This document shows, in pieces, positions 14,324 through 24,770 of a DNA stretch of 64,000 nt; within the stretch, counting starts at the first letter, position 1, and each line of letters opens with the position of its first letter. The stretch lies in assembly GCF_001194135.2 (NCBI RefSeq), contig NC_068985.1, positions 112,510,643 to 112,574,642 on the forward strand, in the 5' to 3' direction. The translations under genes and the position numbers were made by a program. This DNA comes from Octopus bimaculoides. Its lineage: Eukaryota. The notes under the pieces were generated by a model, which did no database searches, had not been told where the DNA came from, and saw nothing but the letters and a program-made list of their open reading frames with translations.

Positions 14324-14621
14324 TAGGGGTTTTCGAACTTCTTGAGTTGCGGACCCCTTTCTATTTCAGGCTTTACCTTAGGGACCCCCTTATAAACACT
14401 TATGAAATTTATACATAAATATTTGCTTAAAATAACATATATTTTTACATTTATTTATTTAACAGTATTGAACAAAATAGGTTTATTTTCAATTAAAAGA
14501 TTTCAATTAAAAAACATATATAAAATCAAATTGCCCATAAAAAGTATTTGCTGTCCATGGACCCCCTGTCTTGTCCTTGCAGACCCCCTGTGGTCCACGG
14601 ACCACAGTTTGAAAACCCCTG
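14324..14621. mobile_element. hAT-type MITE (about 298 bp) inserted in a SINE tail
   Basis: TIRs TAGGGGTTTTCGAACT / AGTTTGAAAACCCCTG and an exact 8-bp TSD CATTAGAC (14316-14323 and 14622-14629). Confidence 0.9.
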
Positions 14622-15394
14622 CATTAGACTGTGGCCATGCCTTGGAGAATTTTAGTCAAATGAATCGACCCCAGTACTTACTTTTTTTTAAAGAACTGGT
14701 ACTTATTCTATCAGTCTCTTTTGCTGAACCACTAAGTTACGAGGCCATAAACACACCAATACCATCCACCATCCACACCATCAAGCGGCAGATGGGGGGA
14801 AAACACAAAGACTCACACCCATAGACATCATATATACTTTTCTACTCTAGGAACAAGGCACGAAATTTTGGGGAGGGGGGAAGTCAATTAGATCAACCCC
14901 AGTACACAACTGATGCTTAATTTATTGACTCTGAAAGGATGAAAGGCAAAGTCAACCTCAGTGGGATTTGAACTCAGAATGTAAAGACAGACGAAATACT
15001 GCTAAGCATGTGTTCATGGAAGACTGGAAATGTAGGACATCGCTTCCATGATGGTGATCTTCGTTTATAACCATCATGTAATGATAAAGCAAGGCGACAG
15101 TAATGCACATACAAACACACACACACATATATATGTATATATATATGACTAGGTTCTTTCAGGTTCCGTCTACCAAACCCACTCACAAGACTTTGGTCAG
15201 CCCAGAGCTATTGTAGAAAAGATTTGCCCAAGGTGTCACACAGAGGAACTGAACAAGAAACCATGAGTTTGAGAAGCAAACTTCTTACCACACAGCCACA
15301 CCCCTTGGCTGTCTGTACATATAGGAATGTTCCTCTATGACCCTCTTTCAGCTGAGAGATCCTAGTTTTTGTGGACTCATGGGAGCTTGTACCA

Positions 15395-15865
15395 ATTAAA
15401 AGCATCCGTGCCGGTGCCACATTACAGGCACCCGTGCTGGTGCCACATCATAGGCGCTCATGCTGGGGCCACGTAGAGCACCCGTGTCGGTGCCACATAA
15501 AAGCACTCATGCTGGTGCCACATAGAAACACTCATGTCAGTGCCACATAAAAGCACCCATGCTGGTGCCACATTACAGGCACTCATGCTGGTGTCACATG
15601 AAAGCACCCATTCCAGTGTCAGGTAAGAGTGTCCATGCTGGTTCCACGTGGAAGCACCTGTGTTGGTGCCAGGTAAAAGCACATGTGCCAGTACCACATT
15701 AAAAGCACACGGCACACACACACTGTAAAGTGGTTGGCATCAGGAAGGGCATCCAGCTGGAGAAACCATGCCACAACAGACAAAATGGGGCCCAGAGGGT
15801 CAACTCCTGCCAAACCACTCAACCCATGCCAGCATGGAGAACAGATGTTAAATGATGATAATGAT
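15395..15865 (+). mobile_element. (GAT)n-tailed element with about 13 internal repeats of about 21-25 bp
   Basis: Repeated AAAAGCAC(C/T)CATGCTGGTGCCACAT units, then the same tail as 19807. Related copies lie at 5095-5490 (two units), 25745-26012, 26045-26195, 17315-17480, 27590-27830 and 51515-51720. Confidence 0.7.
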
Positions 15866-16002
15866 CACACACACACACACACAATTATACATACACTGTA
15901 TTCATTTTAGCATCCACTTTTTCATGCTTGAATGAGTTAGAGTTTATCAAGACAGATTTCTTTTCTACAGTTACACACACACACACACACACAAACACAC
16001 AT

Positions 16003-16049
<47 letters not shown>

Positions 16050-16203
16050 GAAGGGGATATTTCTAAGTGGCCTGCTTGTTTGTTGCACCTTGTTTACCAT
16101 TTTTGTCCTTGTTCTTTTGCCACGTCATGTACCCAGTTATGTATCTATATGTACATGAACGTATATACATACATGTACATATATATGCATATACTCATAT
16201 ATT

Positions 16204-16267
<64 letters not shown>

Positions 16268-16489
16268 GGAAGTTAATGATTGGATCAAAGTGGACTGAGC
16301 TGTGAAACATTTACATCATCAAAGTAACTGGGTCACACAGTGTTACCAGATCTCCTGTCTCATAACTATTCATACATACTTTAATCCTAACATGTTGATT
16401 TTTAAGTCTGGTTCTCTTCCTGGGGTTAATTTAAAAAACAGAAAAAGGAACCTATTTGACTCGTTATCAAGCTTTTTTTCCTTTGAAAA

Positions 16490-17276
16490 TTAACCCTTTT
16501 GTTGCTATAATTCTACAGAAATACAAATGTTTCAAATTATGAAGAATTTAGTAAAATGATTTTGTTGTTGTTAAACTGGTGTTTGAAGCGTACATAGGGG
16601 TGGCTGTGTGGTAAGTAGCTTGCTTACGAACCACATGGTTCCGAGTTCCGTCCCACTGCATGGCACCTTGGGCAAGTGTCTTCTACTATATCCTCGGGCC
16701 GACCAAAGCCTTGTGAGTGGATTTGGTACACGGAAACTGAAAGAAGCCTGTCGTAAATATATGTATATATATGTGTGTGTGTATATGTTTGTGTGTCTGT
16801 GTTTGTCCCCCCAACATCACTTGACAACCGATGCTGGGTGTGTTTACGTCCCCGTAATTTAGCGGTTCGGTCAAAGAGACCGATAGAATAAGTATTAGGC
16901 TTACAAAAAGAATAAGTCCTGGGGTCGATTTGCTCGACTAAAGGCGGTGCTCCAGCATGGCCACAGTCAAATGACTGAAACAAGTAAAAGAATAAGAGAG
17001 TGAGATTTTCATGGAAGGATTTATTTTGAATCACTTTAACCCCCTTGTGACCATACTTTTGCTGATATAAAACTGCCTTTCAATTACTTTTAAAATAAAG
17101 AAGAAAGTAAAATAATTTTGCTGCTATTAAGGTGGTGTTTGAAATAAATTAACATGGAGATTTTGATGGAAGACTTTAATTTGGATAACACTAAAATGAG
17201 TTTGAATCACAGAACCATCAGTGAGGAGAGGTAAGGTGAGGAGCAGTCACAGGCAGGCTGGTATCAAAAGGGTTAA
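16490..17276 (+). mobile_element. piggyBac-like MITE family A dimer; the first unit is interrupted by a SINE
   Basis: TTAACCCTTTT at 16490, SINE at 16594-16998, second unit TTAACCCCC at 17036, right end TATCAAAAGGGTTAA at 17276. Confidence 0.7.
16594..16998 (+). mobile_element. SINE type 1, full length
   Basis: Colinear with 9946-10349. Confidence 0.9.
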
Positions 17277-17578
17277 ATATGGGATTTGGTAACCAGAGAC
17301 TGAAAGAAGCCTGTCATCATCATCATCATCATTTTAACATCCACTTTTCCATGCATGCATGAATTGACAGAGTTTTGTTGCAGTAGATTTTCTACAGCTG
17401 GATACTCTGCCTGAGTAAGGTAATCAATTACACACAAGCAGACATGTTTTCACCAAATATCTGAAACAAAGGACACTGCTTATATGACAGTGACACTCAT
17501 TTACAACTCACAATGTCAAACCAAAGAGACAGTAACAAACAAACACACACACACACACTCACACATACACATATATAT

Positions 17579-17690
17579 TTATTAAGGCTGAAAAAAATCT
17601 TCACAAATTGTCTGTGAAAGTGCAAACAGATTCTGAAGAATTTTTCAGCTTTAATAAAAGAATATTACTCTACCTTTGGTGTTCAAATAC
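17579..17690. repeat. Short palindromic repeat related to the 38165 element
   Basis: Arms of about 25 bp (TTATTAAGGCTGAAAAAAATCTTCA / TGAAGAATTTTTTCAGCTTTAATAA). The flank ATTACTCTACC is the reverse complement of GGTAGAGTAAT, which precedes the 38165 hairpin. Confidence 0.55.
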
Positions 17691-17749
17691 TATTTTTCCC
17701 ACCTTGTTTGGCATTTATGTGCTTATTTCTGTTTTTGTGTGTATGTGTG

Positions 17750-17782
<33 letters not shown>

Positions 17783-17785
<3 letters not shown>

Positions 17786-17960
17786 AGAATTCACGGAAAA
17801 AAAAAACAGACGAAGATAGGTGGTGTAAACAACAAATGGATGTATTAGTATAATGCTCGGGAATAGAGAAAGTCTTTAACGTTTCGAGCCTACGCTCTTC
17901 AACAGAAAGGAACACAGAAAGAAACATGGAGAGAAAAAAAATATATGTGTAGTGGTCAGG
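17783..17960 (-). mobile_element. Non-autonomous Penelope-like (pLTR-derived) repeat, copy A
   Basis: About 180 bp, near-identical to the inverted copy at 22922-23107. It carries the hammerhead-like motif and abuts (TA)n. Confidence 0.6.
17874..17909 (-). ncRNA. Minimal type I hammerhead ribozyme-like motif in a Penelope-like repeat (copy A)
   Basis: The reverse complement reads CTTT-CTGTTGA-A-GAGC-GTAG-GCTC-GAA-ACGT-T-AAAG. It has the same fold as 22983-23018, with core CUGUUGA and triplet GUU. Confidence 0.55.
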
Positions 17961-18210
17961 AATGGTACATCAAGAATCTACTATTTAACAGAGATTTTCT
18001 TTCACCTGGTGAAATTCTGCATTATTTTGAAGGCTTTTTTGCATTTTGTATTAATGCAGGCATGTAAGTAAGTTATTTATTATTAAATATAACAATATAA
18101 ATTATTTACATGTTTTTAAGTTATGAAACAACTTTGTTGTGAAATTATAATTTTCTTATTGTTAAATAAAATCTCATCAAACTACACACAGACATGACGG
18201 GCTTCCTTTA

Positions 18211-18448
18211 GTTTCTTATTTCTTTATTGCCCACAAGGGGCTAAACATAGAGGGGAAAAACAAGGACAGACAAAGGGATGAAATTGATTACATCGACTCC
18301 AGTGCGTAACTGGTACTTAATTTATCGACCCCGAAAGGACGAAAGGCAAAGTCGACCTCAGCAGAATTTGAACTCAGAACATAACGGCATACGAAATACC
18401 GCTAAGAATCTCGCCCAGCGTGCTAACCACTCTGCCAGCTCGCCGCCT
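18211..18448 (-). mobile_element. tRNA-headed SINE type 2 (young copy) inserted in a type 1 SINE
   Basis: Head GGCGGCGAGCTGGCAGAG...GAGTTCAAATTC and central GGTCGACTTTGCCTTTCGTCCTTTCGGGGTCGATAAATTAAGTACCAG, which by recollection resembles the metazoan Meta-type domain. Tail AATAAAGAAATAAGAAAC. Confidence 0.85.
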
Positions 18449-19257
18449 TTTTTTAGNNNNNNNNNNNNNNNNNNNNNNNNNNNNNNNNNNNNNNNNNNNN
18501 NNNNNNNNNNNNNNNNNNNNNNNNNNNNNNNNNNNNNNNNNNNNNNNNNNNNNNNNNNNNNNNNNNNNNNNNNNNNNNNNNNNNNNNNNNNNNNNNNNNN
18601 NNNNNNNNNNNNNNNNNNNNNNNNNNNNNNNNNNNNNNNNNNNNNNNNNNNNNNNNNNNNNNNNNNNNNNNNNNNNNNNNNNNNNNNNNNNNNNNNNNNN
18701 NNNNNNNNNNNNNNNNNNNNNNNNNNNNNNNNNNNNNNNNNNNNNNNNNNNNNNNNNNNNNNNNNNNNNNNNNNNNNNNNNNNNNNNNNNNNNNNNNNNN
18801 NNNNNNNNNNNNNNNNNNNNNNNNNNNNNNNNNNNNNNNNNNNNNNNNNNNNNNNNNNNNNNNNNNNNNNNNNNNNNNNNNNNNNNNNNNNNNNNNNNNN
18901 NNNNNNNNNNNNNNNNNNNNNNNNNNNNNNNNNNNNNNNNNNNNNNNNNNNNNNNNNNNNNNNNNNNNNNNNNNNNNNNNNNNNNNNNNNNNNNNNNNNN
19001 NNNNNNNNNNNNNNNNNNNNNNNNNNNNNNNNNNNNNNNNNNNNNNNNNNNNNNNNNNNNNNNNNNNNNNNNNNNNNNNNNNNNNNNNNNNNNNNNNNNN
19101 NNNNNNNNCAAGTTGTTATTTATTATACCCAATGTTAGTTTATTTGGAAGAAAAGTTTATTTCTAAAGTGAGAAAGAAAAAAAAATTTGGAAAATATAAA
19201 AAGAAGATTTGCCTGGAATTGCCATAAATCATTTCAGAATGGTTTAATGTGTGTGTA

Positions 19258-19306
<49 letters not shown>

Positions 19307-19771
19307 CAGATAGACAAACAGACAGACCAGCTGCAGTAAGGGGCAGCTGGAAAGTTGACATTCAAAGGTAAGTAGTAGTAGTAGTAGTAGTAGTTGGTGT
19401 TGCAGCTGTTTAGTTTTAAGTCAGTTCTGGCTAAGTAGATCTATGACCAAACACTTCTAGTCATGACCACCCTGTCTCATTTTTGACATGCAAGGAGCCC
19501 AAGAACTCTCAACTAACATACCTCCAACTTTTTTCTTTTTTTTTTTTCTTTTAAGACAGCAGAAATGCAACATCAGCAATATTCAGCTGGTATTTCTAGC
19601 AAATAAGTGACAGTAGTGCAGGTCGTTTTCTTATCCCCTCACTGTGCAGAGAGAAACTATAAAAAAACTTACCACACACCACAAAGAATGTGGAAATGGG
19701 TATATAATAAACCAGCTTGTGTAGATGGTACTAATTAGCCATTCAAAACACACAAAGACTTAATTGCACTC

Positions 19772-20901
19772 AAGCCTTTAGCTTTCAGATTATTTTGTCC
19801 AATGCATCATAATCATCATCGTTTAACGTCTGCCTTCCATGCTAGCATGGGTTGGACGATTTGACTGAGGACTGGTGAACCAGATGGCTACACCAGGCTC
19901 CAATCTGATTTGGCAGAGTGTCTACAGCTGGATGCCCTTCCTAACGCCAACCATTCCGAGAGTGTAGTGGGTGCTTTTACATGCCACCGGCATGAAGGCC
20001 AGTCAGAAGGTACTGGCAAGGCCACACTCAAAATGGTGTTTTTTATGTGCCACCTGCACAGGAGCCAGTCCAACGGCACTGGCAACAATCTTGCCAGTAA
20101 GGCAATGCTGGTAACGATCACGCTCAAATGGTGCTATTTACGTGCCACTTGCACGGAAGCCAGACAGCTGCTCTGGTAATGATCAAACTCAGATGGTGCT
20201 CTTAGCGCTCCACTGGTACAGGTGCCATCACGATTTCGATTTCACTTGTCCCAACAGGTCTTCGCAAGCCGAGTTTAGCGTCCACTGAAGGAGAGGTTGG
20301 CATGGGTGCCAGTCGTCGAATTTGGAATGCAGTGCTTATTTATTTGTATTGTTTTGAATTAAATGTGCATTATTTATTTCACAGCTTCAAGATTTCTATA
20401 AAGTGATTGCTTATTTTCAAAATAGTAGGGTAAGTATGAAAGGCCAGATCTGGTAGGTTTGAACATAAAATGGATAGAATACTTGAACCGGATATGGCCA
20501 GTTTAACTCTGTAGCATTTAGGTTATTCTTTAAAATATAATGCTTATTTATTCACATTGTTTGGAATTAATCATGCATTATTTCATAGCTTCAATATTTC
20601 TATGATGTGATAAATAATTTCTAAAATGACATGGTAGGGTAGGTGTGAAAGGCCAGACTTGACTGGTTTGAACATAAAACAGAAAGAATATCTGAGCCAG
20701 ATCTGGCCAGTTTAACTCTTTAGCTTTCAGATTACTCATTCAAATGTAATATTTATTTGCATAGCTTAGAATGAGTCATGCAAGGATGTGGTTACTTGTT
20801 TTTGAATGACGTTGTGGGTTAAGCGTAAAAGACCAAATCTGGCTGGTTTGAACATAGAACATTTTAGAATATTATGGATGGCTTAAATGCTAAAGTGTTA
20901 A
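19772..20901 (+). mobile_element. piggyBac-like MITE family B trimer; the first unit is split by a (GAT)n-tailed element
   Basis: Units start CCTTTAGCTTTCAGATT or TTAACTCT(G/T)TAGC at about 19772, 20503 and 20712. A single right end reads AATGCTAAAGTGTTAA. Confidence 0.6.
19807..20325 (-). mobile_element. LINE-3'-like element with a (GAT)n tail
   Basis: Contains GTGGTTGGCGTTAGGAAGGGCATCCAGCTGTAGA...AACCCATGCTAGCATGGAAGGCAGACGTTAAACGATGATG. Flanked by AATGCA at 19801-19806 and 20326-20331. Confidence 0.7.
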
Positions 20902-21273
20902 ACATTTGTTATTTGGTTCCAACTTCTGAATAACCATGTCACAGCTGGTGAGACATAAGTTTTGACACTAAATAATAAATTTCTAAGTGAAGTTGACTGT
21001 TTTTGTGTGTTTTTGAACAGCCAACTTGTGTATTCTATGCTGCAATTGTTTTAGTTTCAACACACCGTCTCAGATAAAATCACTTGACAGATAGACACAT
21101 ATCTGAAATTCTAGTATATAATAAATACTTGTTAAGACGGTAGAAATGGGTGGGCTGGTGGGATATCTTTCAGAATTACTTTGTGCGGATCAGAAGGAAA
21201 ATGCTGGCTGTTATTGCCAAGCTCTTGTTACATTGCTGGCAATTAAGAATGATGTACCATGCACACACTAACA

Positions 21274-21736
21274 CAGTGTTCCTCAACCTTTTCACAGTGG
21301 TTCCCAACCCTTTTATTTAAATGAGTTTTCCCCCATGGACCTCTTTTAATGCGCTTATCCCCATATATATATATATANNNNNNNNNNNNNNNNNNNNNNN
21401 NNNNNNNNNNNNNNNNNNNNNNNNNNNNNNNNNNNNNNNNNNNNNNNNNNNNNNNNNNNNNNNNNNNNNNNNNNNNNNNNNNNNNNNNNNATAATACAAA
21501 ATGGAACAAGAATGCAAAACATCTAGACAGTTAGGTGATACAAGAAAGGGACGACAAAACATCCAGACAGATGATACAAAGAAAACAAGGACAGGTCATT
21601 CGGAGTTTTCTTTCCTCAGTCGAGTTCCAGATTATCTTTGCAATTTCGGCTGGTTATACTCGAGATTGCTCCAATCTGGCCAGCCCCAAGTAAAAACTAA
21701 GCTAAGAGCATTCGATTCCTTGGAAGAAACCAGCGA

Positions 21737-21773
<37 letters not shown>

Positions 21774-21852
21774 TTTGAATTTAGTTCACAGACCCCCAGT
21801 ACTACCTTTGCAGACCACCAGGGGTTCACAAACCCCAGGATGGGAACCACTG
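21274..21852. mobile_element. hAT-type non-autonomous element with an internal insertion and a gap
   Basis: Ends CAGTGTTCCTCAACC (with a second CAGTGGTTCCCAACC at 21295) and GGATGGGAACCACTG. Exact 8-bp TSD CACTAACA at 21266-21273 and 21853-21860. Confidence 0.8.
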
Positions 21853-22064
21853 CACTAACACTTGGGTTTTTTTGTTTTGCTTTTTGTTGTTGATGTTTTT
21901 AAAAATGCAATCAATCAGGGTTATTTAGTTAATTCTTTAATCTTTTCTTTTACCTCCCCATGATGGTGATGATGATGATGGCTGTCCAGCTGTCTTGAAA
22001 AAATTTGCAACAGAGAAAGTCAAGCAGTGGTCATGCATCCGATATCTGATTGATTAGACTGTGT

Positions 22065-22365
22065 GTGAAGGCATGAGGCTTAGTGGTTAGGGTACTCAGC
22101 TCACAAATGTGAGGTCATGAGTTCAATTCCAGGCAGTGCATCGTGTCCTTGAGCAAGACACTTTATTTCATGTTGCTCCAGTCAACTCAATTGGCAAAAA
22201 TGAGCTTTACCTGTATGTCAAAGGGCCAACCCTGTCACACTCTATGTCACACTGAATCTCCTTGAGAAATGTGTTTAGAATACACACGTCTGTGGAGTGC
22301 TCAGCCACTTGCACACTAATTTCAGGAGCAGGCTGTTCTGTTGATCCAGTCAACTGGAATCCTTG
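22065..22365 (+). mobile_element. Chimeric SINE: type 4 head and core with a type 3 3' half
   Basis: GGCTTAGTGGTTAGGG...GAGTTCAATTCC...GTGTCCTTGAGCAAGACACTT, followed by GTCTGTGGAGTGCTCAGCCACTTGCAC...AGCAGGCTGTT...CAACTGGAA. Confidence 0.7.
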
Positions 22366-22392
22366 GGCGGCACACACTATCTATGCTAGTGT

Positions 22393-22432
<40 letters not shown>

Positions 22433-22921
22433 GATGGGCTTCTTTCAGTTTTCATCTAATAAATCCACTCCCAAGGCTTTGGTTGGGCTGAGGCTTACAG
22501 TAGAAGACACTTGCCTAAGGTACCATGCAGTGGGACTGAACCCAGAATCATGTGGTTGGGAAGCAGGTTTCTTACCATGGCTGTGTAGTAAAGAAGTTTG
22601 CTTCCCAACCATATGATCTCAGGTTCAATCCCAATGCATGACAGCACTGCCATAAAATAATTCAAACTTGATCAATTTTATGGTCGAAGTAAAAGCCAAG
22701 AGTTTAGGAACCAGTTTCGGTGAGGCCACCTTTCTGTAAAAGCTCAAGGTGTCATGCTCTGGGACCTGGAAGCGCATGGTTAGGAAGCATACTTCTTAAC
22801 CACACAGCCATGCCTGCACATATGCGTGTGTATGTGTGTACACAACACACATATCTATATATACATGCATATATGCATTCATACACATACATTCATATGC
22901 ATCCATTCGCCATGATAGATC

Positions 22922-23107
22922 GCTGACCACTACATTTATATTTTTTTTCTCCTTGTTTCTCTCCTTATTTCTTTCTGTGTTCCTTTCAGTTGAAGAGCGT
23001 AGGCTCGAAACGTCAAAGACTTTCTCTATTCCGAGAGTTAAACTAATACATCCATTTGTTGTTTACACCACCTGTCTTCGTCTGTTGTTTTTTTTCGTAA
23101 ATTCTCC
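22922..23107 (+). mobile_element. Non-autonomous Penelope-like (pLTR-derived) repeat, copy B
   Basis: Reverse complement of 17783-17960; carries the hammerhead-like motif. Confidence 0.6.
22983..23018 (+). ncRNA. Minimal type I hammerhead ribozyme-like motif in a Penelope-like repeat (copy B)
   Basis: Reads CTTT-CAGTTGA-A-GAGC-GTAG-GCTC-GAA-ACGT-C-AAAG. Stem I is CTTT/AAAG, stem II is GAGC/GCTC, stem III is the palindrome ACGT and the triplet is GUC. The core differs from CUGANGA at positions 4 and 6. Confidence 0.55.
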
Positions 23108-23611
23108 GATACATACAAACATACATGTATATACGTAGATACATAATACATACACAAAGATATATATACATGTGTATACATGCATTCATACATACACATA
23201 TACATATGTTATAAAAGGTCTTGACTCCACTTATGCAAATATTCTAACAATTATTTGAAGTTAATTTGACTCGAGTCGAAAATTCTGGTACTCGTAACAC
23301 AAAAGAAAGAAAGAACGAAAGAGAGAAAGAAAGAGATAGATAGATAGATAGATAGATAGACAGACAGGCATACAACGATAAACCTACCACTTGTACCAGT
23401 TTCAGCCAAATTAAACAAACAAAAAAAAAAAGAAAAAAAGAAAAGAAAAAAAGAAGTTCAAGATGTTATTCTTTTCTTTTGCAATTCTATCTGAAATATT
23501 GCTATTAAAGCAATGAGCAATGACACCAGGTAAGATAGACAGCCAGGTAGATAGGTTAGGGCAAACAAAGAAATAGATTGTTACACACACACACACACAC
23601 ACACACGTACC

Positions 23612-23933
23612 GTGTTTATCATTTTGTCCATGTTCTTTTGCCACGTCATGTACCCAGTTATGTATCTATATGTACATGTAGATGAAGGTATGTACATACA
23701 TGTACATATATATATGCATACACTCATATATTGTTTATATATATCAGCTCTTCGAAACGACGGTGTTAAAACGGGGGTAGCTGATGAAGAAGAATGTTCT
23801 CTATGTGGCTTGTGTGTTTTCTCGTCTACGTTTTGTTTGCAATGTCCTGTACCCAGATATGCACCTATACATTCAGGTGGATGTCGCTATGCACATACCT
23901 GTACGTATATATGCATATACTCATTTACTATTT

Positions 23934-23940
<7 letters not shown>
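23612..23940 (+). repeat. Two diverged tandem units of a repeat also present at about 16050-16210
   Basis: Shared ...TGTACCCAG(T/A)TATG...GCATA(T/C)ACTCAT..ATT(G/T)GTTTATA(TA)n. Confidence 0.6.
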
Positions 23941-23969
<29 letters not shown>

Positions 23970-24419
23970 CAAATAAATATCAACAGCAAAGAAATATGAG
24001 AAGCGAAAAACAAAAGAAAAGTGAAAATGTTGAGAAAATCAAGAAAATATAAACAAGATTGAAATTTAAAGAAGAAAAGAAAAAAGAAAATCGAGAAAAA
24101 AAACGAAGTGAGATATGATACGATGTTGTTTACCAAATAGAAAACTAGTGATACAGCAAAACAAACAGGATAATGTAACAAGTACATAACAAGACCAGTG
24201 TACCGTAAACGAACCAGTGAGAACTTCTATGTGACTGTTGAAATTGCTAGAAATAACAGTAGAATTTCCTTTAAATTATGTCACTTTTTTGCGTGACACA
24301 CATACACACACACAATATATATTTATAATCAAGGGTACAAGTACCAGCGTTGTTAGAAATAAGAGTCGAAATATACTCAAATAAGCTACAATATCACTGA
24401 ATTTTCAGTGATATATATA

Positions 24420-24653
24420 TTACTCTCTTTACTCTTTTACTTGTTTCAGTCATTTGACTGTGGCCATGCTGGAGCACCGCCTTTAGTCGAGCAAATCGAC
24501 CCCAGGACTTATTCTTTGGAAGCCTAGTACTTATTCTATCAGTCTCTTTTTGCCGAACCGCTAAGCTATGGGGACGTAAACACACCAGCATCGGTTGTCA
24601 AGCGATGATGGGGGACAAACACAGACATACAAACACACATACACACACACAAA

Positions 24654-24694
<41 letters not shown>

Positions 24695-24770
24695 GTATAT
24701 ATACATATATATACGACGGGCTTCTTTCAGTTTCCGTCTACTAAATCCACTCACAAGGCTTTGGTCGGCC
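24420..24770 (-). mobile_element. SINE type 1, truncated by a gap
   Basis: Reverse complement of the type 1 tail and middle. Confidence 0.85.

Noticed and set aside
18278-19166. Long ORFs of 180-308 aa here and at 32029, 49885, 53801 and 61723
   Set aside because: They are open only because they run through N gaps.
21591-21630. Minus-strand CTGAGGA...CCGAATGAC hammerhead-like string
   Set aside because: Stem II is imperfect, GAAA and stem III are broken, and there is no stem I.
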